Below, piece by piece: positions 1 to 9,424 of a DNA stretch of 64,000 nt; positions within the stretch are counted from its first letter, which is position 1, and every line of letters begins with the position of its first letter. Position numbers and translations under genes: made by a program. The notes under the pieces were generated by a model. It searched no databases and was not told the DNA's origin. It saw only the letters and a list, made by a program, of their open reading frames with translations. The DNA comes from an uncultured Acidobacteriota bacterium (GTDB taxonomy: Bacteria; Acidobacteriota; Blastocatellia; Pyrinomonadales; Pyrinomonadaceae), in contig CAWKGP010000005.1 in assembly GCA_963849205.1 (NCBI GenBank), forward strand, positions 252,406 through 316,405, given 5' to 3'.

Positions 1-1023
1 TACTACCACAACACGCCCAATCTCGACATCGAAATTCGTCGTGATGAGGCCAAAACATACGGTGTGTCTGAAGCACGCATTCTTAACCTCCTTCGTAATG
101 CGTACTCGCAGAATTACACCTACCTGATCAAGAAGCCAGAGGATCAGTACCAGGTGATTCTCGAGATGGACGACACGGTGCGCGAGAAGCCTGAGGACTT
201 GTCGCTGCTGTACATCAAATCCGATGACGGCAGCAAACTCGTGCCGCTCAGTGAATTAATCACGTGGAAATCGACGCTTGGACCACAAACGGTGAACCAC
301 TTGAACCAGTTCACGAGCATGACGCTCTTCTTCAACCTTAAGCCGGGTGTCGCGCTTGGCGATGCGACCAACTACATCACGCAATCGGCCTCTCAGATCG
401 TCCCATCCGGAGTGCGCGCGGAGTTGCAGGGTGAGGCGCTGACGTTCAGTCGTACCGTGACCAGTTTGACGATCCTGATGGCGCTCGCGGTGTTTGTGAT
501 GTACGTGATCCTCGCGATTCTTTACGAGAGTTACGTGCATCCGTTGACAGTGCTTTCAACTCTGCCGACGGCCCTCGTTGGTGGACTTTTGACGCTGATT
601 GTTTTTGGGCAGGAAGCATCGCTGTACGCGTTCGTCGGTATGTTTATGTTGATGGGTATTGTGAAGAAGAACGGCATCATGATCGTTGACTTCGCGCGCC
701 ATCGCGTTGAGAACGGTGAAGCTGCGGACAAGGCGATACACGACGCCAGTATGGATCGCTTCCGACCGATCTTGATGACGACCCTCGCGGCAGTTTTCGG
801 CGCTATACCGATCGCGCTCGGTTACGGTGCGGATGGGTCATCACGCCGGCCGCTCGGTCTCGTGGTTGTGGGCGGTTTGATCGTGTCGCAATTCATCACG
901 CTCTACATCACGCCGGTAATTTATCTCTACCTCGAGCAGTTTCAGGAGAACGTCCTGGATCGCACTTCGTTCTTCCGCTCACGCCGATCGCAGAAGCCGA
1001 GACTCGTGGAAGCGGGCGACTAG
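1..1023 (+). CDS. RND (AcrB/HAE1-type) efflux permease, C-terminal part; the 5' end lies upstream of the window
   Basis: Frame 1 is open from base 1 (YYHNTPNLDIEIRRDEAKTYGVSEA) and runs into listed ORF 64..1023. It carries C-terminal RND motifs ILAILYESYVHPLTVLSTLP, GIVKKNGIMIVDF and DRFRPILMTTLAAVFGAIPIALG. Confidence 0.9.
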   Translation, partial: YYHNTPNLDIEIRRDEAKTYGVSEARILNLLRNAYSQNYTYLIKKPEDQYQVILEMDDTVREKPEDLSLLYIKSDDGSKLVPLSELITWKSTLGPQTVNHLNQFTSMTLFFNLKPGVALGDATNYITQSASQIVPSGVRAELQGEALTFSRTVTSLTILMALAVFVMYVILAILYESYVHPLTVLSTLPTALVGGLLTLIVFGQEASLYAFVGMFMLMGIVKKNGIMIVDFARHRVENGEAADKAIHDASMDRFRPILMTTLAAVFGAIPIALGYGADGSSRRPLGLVVVGGLIVSQFITLYITPVIYLYLEQFQENVLDRTSFFRSRRSQKPRLVEAGD

Positions 1024-1025
1024 TT

Positions 1026-1085
1026 TTAGCCACAGATTCACACGGATAGAAAATCGGATTTTTATCCGCGTTCATCTGTGGCTAA
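1026..1085. repeat. Hairpin repeat, family E (CCACAGAT / CACGGAT / CGCAGAT units, outer ends TTAGCCAC...GTGGCTAA)
   Basis: ttagccacagattcacacggata ... tatccgcgttcatctgtggctaa is an imperfect inverted repeat directly after the RND gene stop. Confidence 0.8.
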
Positions 1086-1094
1086 AATGTCTCC

Positions 1095-1502
1095 ATGTCA
1101 AATGAACCCGAAGAGAATTCCACCGGTATCGCCACGCTCATAGTTGGCCCACAGGACCTCGCGAGCTCGATTTCAAGTGAGACAGGAGATGATTTCCCGC
1201 CCGTGCTGGCTACGGCCCGCATGGTCGCGTTGATGGAGATTGCCGCATCTCGTGTGCTCCTGCCTTTGCTTGGTCCGGGAGAGTTGTCGGTTGGCGTCAC
1301 GGTCGATATAACTCACACCGCGCCGACACCGATGGGCGCAGAAGTCACGGCGACCGCGCGTTATGCCGGTCGCGAAGGAAAGCTCTTTCTTTTTGAAGTC
1401 AGTGCCGCCGATCGCGGCGGGGAAGTTGGTCGAGGATGGCACAAGCGGGCGATTGTCTCGGTTGAACGGCTGCAAAGCGGCGCGGCAAAACGAGTTGGTT
1501 GA
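1095..1502 (+). CDS. Hotdog-fold thioesterase (FlK-like family)
   Basis: 135-aa ORF. The pattern PPVLATARMVALMEIAA...GVTVDITHTAPTPMGAEVTATA...GEVGRGWHKRAIV is typical of small hotdog thioesterases. Confidence 0.7.
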   Translation: MSNEPEENSTGIATLIVGPQDLASSISSETGDDFPPVLATARMVALMEIAASRVLLPLLGPGELSVGVTVDITHTAPTPMGAEVTATARYAGREGKLFLFEVSAADRGGEVGRGWHKRAIVSVERLQSGAAKRVG

Positions 1503-2851
1503 GGTGCCCCATGTCAGTTGCCAGACGAATGACGCGGCGTCTAAAGAAGACCTCCGCGATGGACCATGATTTATTCGAGAAGGAGTTCGCGCTCGAGAGT
1601 CTGAAGAGTGAAAGGCTGCGCGTTTCGATTCTGATTGGAGCGATCGCTAGTGCCCTCGTCTTCGTTCTGGTCCTTGCTCCGATCTTTTTAGATGACTTTC
1701 AGACTGCGTTTCATGGCAACTTTCGCGGGTTCCTTGGCGCCGTCTACCTGATCTTTGGCGCAAATCTCTGCTACCTGTTCGCCGAGCGTATTGTCCTTGG
1801 TCGTCTCATCAAGAAACAGCAGAAGCCGTTTTCGGCACTGAAGTATGTGAGTGCGTTTGTCGAAACGAGTATTCCCACTTTGGGCATGATGGTAGGTTCG
1901 ACATTTCTTGGTCCAATCTACACCTTGTTCACCCCGGCGGCCTTTATCTATCCGTTGTTTATTTCACTCTCGGCTTTGCGTTTGAATGTCAGGCTCTGCA
2001 TTTTTACCGGCGCCGTAGCCGGAGTCGAATACGCGCTACTGGCCATCTACTTTATTCAGACGACGCCGAGTGCTGGCATTGAACCGATCCTTGCTGGTGT
2101 GCCACATCACTTGTTCAAAGGTTTTCTGTTGTTCCTGACCGGTGTCGTAACCGGACTCGTTACACTGCAAATCAGAAAGCGGATCCTCAATTCGTTTTCT
2201 GTGGTGGAGGAACGAAACCGCATTTCCAGGACTTTCGGCGAGTATGTTTCACCTGAGGTGATGGGCAAGCTGATGGATCTGAAACCGGATCTCCGAAGTG
2301 AAAACAAAAATGTGTGCGTGATGTTTCTCGACATCAGAAACTTCACCGGCTTTGCAGAGAAGAGAAGTCCTGAAGAGGTCGTTGAATATCTCGAATCGTT
2401 GTTTGAGTTCATGATCGAAATCGTCAATCGCCATCACGGGATCATCAACAAGTTTCTGGGTGATGGATTCATGGCTGTGTTTGGCGCGCCCCTTTCGGAT
2501 GGCAAGGATTGTGTGAATGCGTTGAAGGCGGCTCAGGAGATTCTCGCGCGTGTGCAGCAGGAGGTTGAGGCCGGCACCATCCTGCCGACGACCGTTGGTA
2601 TTGGTCTGCATGCAGGCCAAGCCGTCACCGGCAGCATCGGTTCGGCGTTGCGACGCGAGTACACAGTGATTGGCGATGTGGTAAATCTCGCGGCAAGGAT
2701 CGAGAAGCTGAACAAACGTTTTGACTCGCAGCTCTTGATATCGGAAATCGTTTGGCAGGCAGTCGATACAGACGCTGAAAAAGCGGTGCCGATGGGCCAG
2801 GTCGAGGTGCGTGGACGAGAGCAGGCGATCCAGATTTACCAGGTAGCTTGA
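1499..2851 (+). CDS. Membrane-anchored class III adenylate/guanylate cyclase
   Basis: N-terminal polytopic hydrophobic region followed by cyclase catalytic motifs VMFLDIRNFTGFAE, FLGDGFMAVFGAP, IGLHAGQAVTGSIGS and EYTVIGDVVNLAARIE. The start could be TTG 1499 or ATG 1511. Confidence 0.9.
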   Translation: MRCPMSVARRMTRRLKKTSAMDHDLFEKEFALESLKSERLRVSILIGAIASALVFVLVLAPIFLDDFQTAFHGNFRGFLGAVYLIFGANLCYLFAERIVLGRLIKKQQKPFSALKYVSAFVETSIPTLGMMVGSTFLGPIYTLFTPAAFIYPLFISLSALRLNVRLCIFTGAVAGVEYALLAIYFIQTTPSAGIEPILAGVPHHLFKGFLLFLTGVVTGLVTLQIRKRILNSFSVVEERNRISRTFGEYVSPEVMGKLMDLKPDLRSENKNVCVMFLDIRNFTGFAEKRSPEEVVEYLESLFEFMIEIVNRHHGIINKFLGDGFMAVFGAPLSDGKDCVNALKAAQEILARVQQEVEAGTILPTTVGIGLHAGQAVTGSIGSALRREYTVIGDVVNLAARIEKLNKRFDSQLLISEIVWQAVDTDAEKAVPMGQVEVRGREQAIQIYQVA

Positions 2852-2854
2852 AGG

Positions 2855-2972
2855 GTTTCACGCAAAGGCGCAAAGGTCACGCAAAGGCGCAAAGTATGCA
2901 AAGAAGATCGTGGATTCACTTCCGTCTTCTTTCTTTGCGCTTTTGCGTGACCTTTGCGCCTTTGCGTGAAAC
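2855..2972. repeat. Hairpin repeat, family A (GTTTCACGCAAAG ends, CGCAAAGG tandem units)
   Basis: The 40-nt left arm gtttcacgcaaaggcgcaaaggtcacgcaaaggcgcaaag (2855-2894) pairs with the right arm (2933-2972) at 39 of 40 positions. It lies between convergent genes. Confidence 0.9.
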
Positions 2973-2978
2973 TAACTT

Positions 2979-5554
2979 TCACAACAATCTAAGCCGCTGT
3001 TCTAACTCGTTTGTAATCTTCGCAGCAGAGTCTTGGTGTGATACGTCGATTGGGTCTCCAAAGGTGATCGAGACCGTTCCGGGTCGAACGAAGTATTGCC
3101 GCCGCTTTTTTACCTCGAACAGACCGTCCAGTTTTATCGGAACAATCTGCACGTTGAGGTCTGAGGCGAGTAGGCCAATGCCGGTTTTGAATGGCTGCAT
3201 ATGGCCGTCTTTTGTTTCCTGACCTTCCGGGAAAATTAGAATACTCCAACCGCGATCAACTGCATCACCCGCATATGCGAAACTTTGTCGAAACCCGCTC
3301 TGCCGCGGAAGCGAGAAGACGTTGAAGAGCCCCGCTCCAAGCGCGTACGCCACTTTCGCTTTTGCACGAGCAAAGAATCCGAGATTCGCAGGCGGATAGC
3401 GCCAGTCGCGCAGATATTCGCCTGACATCGCAATCGCCAAGCGCAGCCGCCAGCGCCACGGCAACGCCGATAAGATCAGCGCCGCGTCGACGTCAGTAAC
3501 GTGATTGGAAATAAATAGGATCGGTTTGGAAGCATTTAGTTTTGCCAGTCGCTCGTCGCCAATCACGCGAACGCGACACATGATCAGCGTCAACGGCAAA
3601 AGAAAGAGGTGATAGACCACTGGCCGGATCCACGTCATCGGAAAGCGCATGGCCCAGCGGGGATACGGATACGGAAGCGATTCAGACTTTCCACGACTAA
3701 CGATCTGTTCGATATCACCTAAAGTCGTAGCTTCGGTGATCGCTGCTTCATCGAGCTCGATTTGATACTGATCCTCGAGAGCACTCAAAAGCTCGACTCT
3801 ACCGAGCGAATCGAGTTTTAGATCGTCAGAAAGATTTGCCGAGAGACTAAGACTACCGGGTTGTACTTTTGCAATCCGGCTGAGCACTGGAACACTCAAC
3901 GGCGCCATTATCTCCTCAGCCGTCGCCGTGGCTTTGGCCGATTGATTGAGCAGCGGTTTTACAGCCTCTGCAACCTGGCCTTTGATCACCTTTCGCGTAC
4001 CCGTAGTCCGCGGGAAATCATTTTTGGGCCATACGACCCAGTGACGAATTCGCTGAAAATCCGCCAGTGAGTCGTTAGCATGTTGCACGGCCGCATTGAG
4101 GTCTGAATGTTCGTCGCGGGGGATGAGCACGGCAAGAGCCTCGGTACCATGTGGAATTACAGCACTCGCTTTTATCTCCGGCTGATGATCGAGAGCCGCT
4201 TCGAGATCCGAGGGATAGATCTTCAGACCCGCCGCAGTGACAATCGTCTCCTTGCTTCTGCCGCGGAAATAGATGTTGCCGTCTGGTCCGATTTCGCCGA
4301 TATCGCCAGTGTGAATCCAACCCTGCTCGTCGGCGAGGGATTGACCGTTGCGATTCCAGTAACCAGGTGACACGTTGGCGCCACGCACCAGAATCTCACC
4401 CTCGTCGGTCAACTTCACCTCCTGACCGCGGACAGGTTTTCCGATCGAGCCCTGCCGTATGCGAAACGGATGCGAAAGACTCGTGAGCGACGCAGTCTCA
4501 GTCATGCCGTAACCCTGGATGATTGCGTAGCCAACGCGTCGCCAGAACGTTTCAGTTTCACTCTCGAGAGTTGCGCCGCCCGAGATGAACGCCCATAAGC
4601 GCCAGCCAAATTGACGATGTACTTTTCGGAAGGTCCACCAGTTGCGCAAGAAGTGTCGCCCTTTAGCGGCGCTGAGTTGCTGGTCTGAAATGTGAGCGTC
4701 ATTCTTGACCTTTTCGCGCAGTGTTTCCAAAACGCGCGGCACCGTGACAACGACGTTGATGCGATCCTTCTTAACTGCTGCCACGATTTCCGACGGCTTG
4801 TACGACTCGCGGAAATAGACTTCAGCGGCAAGAAACTGTGGGATGAAGATTCCCATCAACTGTCCAAAGACGTGGCTCAACGGTAATAAGCAGAGGAAGC
4901 GGACGGGATGAACAACTCGTTCCCAACGTGCGTATATCGTGTGAACTCCTTTTCTATGGGAGCGAGATTGGCGAGGAGATTTCGATGCGTGAGACAGACG
5001 CCTTTGGGTTCGGCGGTCGTTCCCGATGTAAACACGATCTCGACCAGGTCGTTGGGCTTAACTTCGACACATGAATAACGCTGGTTTGAATGTCTCGCGA
5101 TGTGATCTTCAAGAGTGTTGAGTGCGAGGCGAGGGAGCTGAAGTGGCGGCTGTTCATTGTTGGCGAGCAGAAGTTTCGCTGAAACTTGTTGCTGCACTCG
5201 CTCGACAAAGTCAGTTGCCGACTTCAAATCAAGAGGCACAACAACAGCGCCGCGCAGCAAGCAGCCATAAAACGCCGCAATCCACTCAGGGCTGTTCTCG
5301 CTCCAGAAGAGCACGCGGTCACCACGTCCAATTTCGCGTTCTTCGAGTTCGCGAGCAAATTGAAAAGCAACTGAAGCGAGGCGGGTATAGGACCAACTAA
5401 TGGTTCTCAGTCCACGCCAGTGAGCGATCGCAGTCTCGTCGCCATGCGCGATACAGTCGTCCAGAAAGGTTAGCAAACTCTCACGCATACCGGTGGATTG
5501 TAGCCGCCGCTTTGGGGGGATATATTGTGAGGTATACACCTTATCAGGTGCCAC
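2979..5554 (-). CDS. Tri-domain acyl-AMP ligase / acyl carrier (PP-binding) / lysophospholipid acyltransferase (PlsC-like), interrupted by a 1-nt frameshift (ORF fragments 4877..5554 and 2979..4880)
   Basis: Upstream fragment has AMP-binding motif I, VFTSGTTAEPKGVCLTHRNL. Downstream fragment has LPLSHVFGQ, the GYGMTE core, the carrier motif LKLDSLGRVELLSALE, and the acyltransferase motifs NHVTDVD and FPEGQETKDG. In the downstream frame, YARWERVVHPVRFLCLLPLSHVFGQ reads straight through the upstream fragment's stop codon. Confidence 0.8.
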
Positions 5555-5583
5555 AGCGAGAGGAGAGGCAGAAGGGGTTTTTT

Positions 5584-5660
5584 AGACAGGATTACAGGAT
5601 TTACAGGATTTACAGGCTAGAAATCCTGTTCATCCTGAAAACATCTTGTGAATCCTGTCC
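5584..5660. repeat. Hairpin repeat, family C (ACAGGATTT tandem units)
   Basis: agacaggattacaggatttacaggatttacagg ... cctgttcatcctgaaaacatcttgtgaatcctgtcc. It lies after the BON gene stop. Confidence 0.8.
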
Positions 5661-5663
5661 AAA

Positions 5664-6194
5664 TTATCTCGGCTCTTGCCCTTCAATAATCAGTTCATTC
5701 TTCACACTGAAAAGCCCCGGAACTCCGCGTGCGCGAATGTAGGCGAGCTGCGCATCGCCTTTATTCGCGACGACACCTTTGAGTGTTGCGTGTCCGCGAT
5801 TAACGATCAAATGAATCGGCGGTACAGACTGCGTCGCGTAGCGAAATAGCGGAGAGTTGAAGTTGTAGATCGCTCGGTACAAGGCCCGGCGTAGCCGATC
5901 GTCATTTGGAGAAAGCGGCAACACCTCGATCTGGTTATTCACTCGCGATACACCCTCGACGTCTTTCACCCGGCCCTCCGCGTCTGATTTCGTTGTATCT
6001 CTAACGACCTGACCACGCAGGACGACGGTGTTATCGGGCTGTATCTCAAACTCGAGCCAATCAAACACACCGTAGTAAGGCAGCATTCTGAGTTCGTGCC
6101 TGACTTCACGAACAAGCTTAGGATTAACCTGGCTGCGAGCCACAAGCGGCTGCCCCAAAACCGCCAATAGGACCAAAATCGGAAACACTCTCAT
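5664..6194 (-). CDS. Secreted BON-domain protein (two BON domains)
   Basis: Signal peptide MRVFPILVLLAVLGQPLVARS. GGAGG lies 6 nt upstream of ATG 6194, so the longer listed ORF start at 6224 is unlikely. BON-like segments are VVLRGQVVRD and ATLKGVVANKGDAQLA. Confidence 0.75.
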   Translation of the reverse strand: MRVFPILVLLAVLGQPLVARSQVNPKLVREVRHELRMLPYYGVFDWLEFEIQPDNTVVLRGQVVRDTTKSDAEGRVKDVEGVSRVNNQIEVLPLSPNDDRLRRALYRAIYNFNSPLFRYATQSVPPIHLIVNRGHATLKGVVANKGDAQLAYIRARGVPGLFSVKNELIIEGQEPR

Positions 6195-6203
6195 ACTACA
6201 CCT

Positions 6204-6286
6204 CCACAAACGCACAAAAAGCACAAGAAAGAAAACCTAAATCAGTCTCCTCCTTTTTTGTGCTTTTTGTGCTCTTTTGTGGCTAA
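6204..6286. repeat. Hairpin repeat, family B (CACAAAAAG units, end GTGGCTAA)
   Basis: ccacaaacgcacaaaaagcacaag ... ttgtgctttttgtgctcttttgtggctaa, between the pilin-like gene stop and the BON gene start. Confidence 0.8.
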
Positions 6287-6300
6287 CTTTTTGTGACTAA

Positions 6301-6786
6301 CTACTGGCCGATTGGTGGATCGGTGGCCGTAGCTTGTTGCGCCGGATTGACGTGAATGGTGTTTGAGTCAGAGTCGACGTAATAGAAATTCTTGCCAGTG
6401 GCGGAAACGCCTGTCGGTATCTGCGGATCGGCGGTGATCGTGTAGCCTGCCTGTGTGGTAGTTGACTTCGGAATTATCTTCATCGTGTAGACGTAGCCGT
6501 CCACGACTGGAGTGGCACCGTCGAACCGGCTGTCCAGCAGGTTCTCTTTCCGCATCTCTTCAAAGGTTCCAAACGAAGTGCGTTGATGGGCGTTGAAGTA
6601 GAGCATTTGTTGCTCGGCAATAGAGCGCAGGGTCTTAACCGCCGCCGCTTCGTTTGCGGCCCTGACGGCGGCGCGCCAGCCCGCGATTCCGACGCCGATC
6701 AGTATGCCTATGATGGCGATAACGATCATCAACTCGATCAGAGAAAAGCCCCGCTGGTTCTTTTTGGTTTTATTAAGGGGTTTCAT
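6301..6786 (-). CDS. Prepilin-type N-terminal cleavage/methylation domain protein (type IV pilin / pseudopilin-like)
   Basis: MKPLNKTKKNQRGFSLIELMIVIAIIGILIGVGI is the class III signal peptide plus hydrophobic helix. ATG 6786 is preceded by GAGGAG. The listed ORF extends to 6900, but that N-terminus is not pilin-like. Confidence 0.85.
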   Translation of the reverse strand: MKPLNKTKKNQRGFSLIELMIVIAIIGILIGVGIAGWRAAVRAANEAAAVKTLRSIAEQQMLYFNAHQRTSFGTFEEMRKENLLDSRFDGATPVVDGYVYTMKIIPKSTTTQAGYTITADPQIPTGVSATGKNFYYVDSDSNTIHVNPAQQATATDPPIGQ

Positions 6787-6965
6787 ATTCACTCTCCTCG
6801 GGCACTTACACGAAGCGATTAAATTTCCGTTCCGATTTCTGCTGCGCTTGCCCATCCTCCATACGGGCCTTAGTCTACTACAGGAGTATGCCAAGATCAC
6901 ATTGCACGGGCGGCCAACTTTTCCGTGCGGGGCGTGCTCTTAGCATGTAGAATGCAGGCCAATTC

Positions 6966-7949
6966 ATGCGGAACCTCGAACCAATCAGCAGTGGACAGAT
7001 AACCAGCGCCAGCGCCGTCGAACAGATCGAGCGGCTGCAGGGCGCTGTCGAAACTGTCATTAAAGGCAAGCCGGAGGCGATTCGGCTGGCCATTGTGACG
7101 CTGATTGCCGGTGGTCATTTGCTGGTCGAGGACGTTCCTGGTGTCGGCAAAACGACCCTGGCCCACGCGCTCGCGCGTGCACTCGACTGTAATTTCCAGC
7201 GGATCCAATTCACTTCCGACCTGCTGCCGTCAGACGTCATTGGTCTTTCCGTCTACAACCAGCATAGCGGTCTCTTTGAATGGAAGCCCGGACCTGTTTT
7301 TGCAAACGTGGTATTGGCTGACGAGATCAATCGTACCACTCCTAAAACTCAGTCAGCGTTGCTCGAAGCGATGGCTGAGCGGCATGTGACGGCTGAAGGT
7401 GTAACACACGATCTGCCGGCTCCGTTCATAGTGCTGGCGACCCAGAATCCCATCGAGCATCACGGCACTTATCCGTTGCCGGAGTCGCAACTCGATCGTT
7501 TCATGTTGCGGTTGCGGATCGGTTATCCCGCGCCGGTTGATGAACAGAGGATTCTGCGCGATCGCGAGTATTCGGATCCGCTCGACGAGCTTGTCCCGGT
7601 AATGACCGCTCCCGAAGTTGTCGAGCTGCAACAGGCAGTAATGTCCGTTGCGGTCGACGATGCACTTGTTCATTACCTGATGCGGATCGTTGCTGCGACG
7701 CGCAATTCAGAGATGCTGGACCTCGGCGTGAGTCCGAGAGGAACTTTGTCGCTGTTCCGTGCCGCACAGGCTATAGCGTTGGGAGAGGATCGAACGTACT
7801 GTATCCCCGACGACATCAAGCGACTGGTGGTGCCGGTGTTTGCACATCGAATTGTAGTCAGTTCGCGATTCTCATCGTCGCTCCGCCGCAGTGAAGAAGC
7901 CGAAGCCGTCCTCAACGAAATTCTAAAAACTGTCAGTGTCCCGCTGTGA
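6966..7949 (+). CDS. MoxR-family AAA+ ATPase
   Basis: Walker A GVPGVGKTTLAHALA, QFTSDLLPSDVIG, Walker B VVLADEINR, and sensor TQNPIEHHGTYPLPESQLDRF. Confidence 0.92.
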   Translation: MRNLEPISSGQITSASAVEQIERLQGAVETVIKGKPEAIRLAIVTLIAGGHLLVEDVPGVGKTTLAHALARALDCNFQRIQFTSDLLPSDVIGLSVYNQHSGLFEWKPGPVFANVVLADEINRTTPKTQSALLEAMAERHVTAEGVTHDLPAPFIVLATQNPIEHHGTYPLPESQLDRFMLRLRIGYPAPVDEQRILRDREYSDPLDELVPVMTAPEVVELQQAVMSVAVDDALVHYLMRIVAATRNSEMLDLGVSPRGTLSLFRAAQAIALGEDRTYCIPDDIKRLVVPVFAHRIVVSSRFSSSLRRSEEAEAVLNEILKTVSVPL

Positions 7950-9289
7950 AGTCAGAACTCAAGTTTGATCGTGCCGCTTTGGGTTCAAATAAGACGTCGT
8001 GGCTGCGCGTGATTCTGGGAACGTTGCTCGTTCTTGCGGGGTTGACGTCTGCACTCGTGACGGTCCTCGCTCGTCGCGCGGACGAGAGTGGGCTTGCGGG
8101 CGCGGCGGCGATCTTGTCGCTGTTGATTGCTTTGCTGTTGACGATCTTTATTGTTCCGCCTCTCGCGCGTTCCGCCCGGGCTGAAGTAGCCAATATTGAT
8201 TTCCCATTTGAGCCGACGAGTGGTGGTGGCGTCTTTCTGGTGATCATTATCGTGGTCGGATTTGCGGCATGGAACACTGGAAACAATCTGCTGTTCCTCG
8301 TGTTCTCGCTGCTTTGTTCGACGATGTTCATCGGCTGGGTGGCAGCTCGCTCTTCGTTACGCGACCTGACTGTGTCGGCGCGTTTCCCGGATCATATCTT
8401 TGCGGCTGAGCCCGCGCCGGTTATCGTGACGCTGCGAAATACGAAGCACGTTCTGCCATCGTTTTCGATCCTCGTTGAGGCGCGTGGACCAGGGAATGAG
8501 GCAGATGCGAATCCAAAACGACGTCGCCGGCACATTAAACGTTTGCTCGCTTACTTCAGTTACGTGCCGCACAATGCTGCGGCCGAGCAGAGCGTTGAAC
8601 AGCTCTTTCCGAATCGCGGGCATGTGCTGATTGATGGGTTTGAATTGTCGACGCGATATCCGTTTGGTTTCTTTCGGCGCCGGCGTCGTTTGCGCGCGCG
8701 CGATGTTGACATCATCGTGTATCCCAAACCTGAAGCGATCGGCGATGAGTTGCACTTGCTGCCGATGTACGCCGGGCGAGTGCCTGCGACGCGTCGTGGC
8801 GCGGGGCACGATCTGTTTTCGCTGCGTGACTATCAGTCGCAGGACGATCTGCGTCACATCGATTGGAAAGCAACTGCGCGATCGAGACGTCTCACTGTAC
8901 GGGAGTTCACTTCGGAGGATGAGAGACGAATCACGATTGTGCTGGACACGCAACTTCCGCGTGGAGCGGAGCAGGAGTTGTTCGAGCGATTTGAACGTGG
9001 TGTAGTTCAAGCGGCATCATTGATTAAGCACTTCATTGATGAGCGCGCCGAAGTCAGACTCATGCTGGGTAACGACGTTGGGCCATTCGGCTCGGGCGTG
9101 GAGCATCTCTATCGGTGTTTGCGCCGGCTCGCTTTGGTCACCGCGGTTGATACTGATAAGCCGGAGATTGAGTCAGTGAATCTCAGCCGCGGCGTGATGG
9201 AGCATGACTACGCGATTCTGTTGACTGCGGCAGCGCCGGGGTCGATACCTGCGAGCGTCTGGCGCACAAGCCACGTGATTTATTTATAA
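7946..9289 (+). CDS. DUF58 domain protein with N-terminal transmembrane segments (MoxR partner)
   Basis: 4-nt overlap with the moxR stop. Carries the DUF58 signature DYQSQDDLRHIDWKATARSRRLTVREF. Confidence 0.85.
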   Translation: MKSELKFDRAALGSNKTSWLRVILGTLLVLAGLTSALVTVLARRADESGLAGAAAILSLLIALLLTIFIVPPLARSARAEVANIDFPFEPTSGGGVFLVIIIVVGFAAWNTGNNLLFLVFSLLCSTMFIGWVAARSSLRDLTVSARFPDHIFAAEPAPVIVTLRNTKHVLPSFSILVEARGPGNEADANPKRRRRHIKRLLAYFSYVPHNAAAEQSVEQLFPNRGHVLIDGFELSTRYPFGFFRRRRRLRARDVDIIVYPKPEAIGDELHLLPMYAGRVPATRRGAGHDLFSLRDYQSQDDLRHIDWKATARSRRLTVREFTSEDERRITIVLDTQLPRGAEQELFERFERGVVQAASLIKHFIDERAEVRLMLGNDVGPFGSGVEHLYRCLRRLALVTAVDTDKPEIESVNLSRGVMEHDYAILLTAAAPGSIPASVWRTSHVIYL

Positions 9290-9297
9290 GGGAAGGA

Positions 9298-9415
9298 GTT
9301 TCACGCAAAGGCGCAAAGTAAGACGCAAAGTCGCAAAGGCTGGCGGACATTCTAATGGTTTTTCTTTGCGTCTTTGCGTCTTCACTTTGCGCCTTTGCGT
9401 GAAACGCTCTTCTAA
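9298..9415. repeat. Hairpin repeat, family A
   Basis: gtttcacgcaaaggcgcaaagtaagacgcaaagtcgcaaagg ... ctttgcgtctttgcgtcttcactttgcgcctttgcgtgaaac. Confidence 0.9.
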
Positions 9416-9424
9416 GTATCTCGC

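Noticed and set aside
2855-2972. Intergenic short tandem motifs (CGCAAAGG, ACAGGATTT, CACAGAG and others) as mini CRISPR or VNTR loci
   Set aside because: The units are 7-11 nt and directly abutting, and they are arranged as two inverted arms. They form hairpins rather than repeat-spacer arrays.
6966-7949. MoxR AAA+ ATPase as the missing GvpN
   Set aside because: It lies about 39 kb from the gvp cluster and is paired with its usual DUF58 partner. GvpN belongs to a related but distinct subfamily, and nothing links this copy to gvp.
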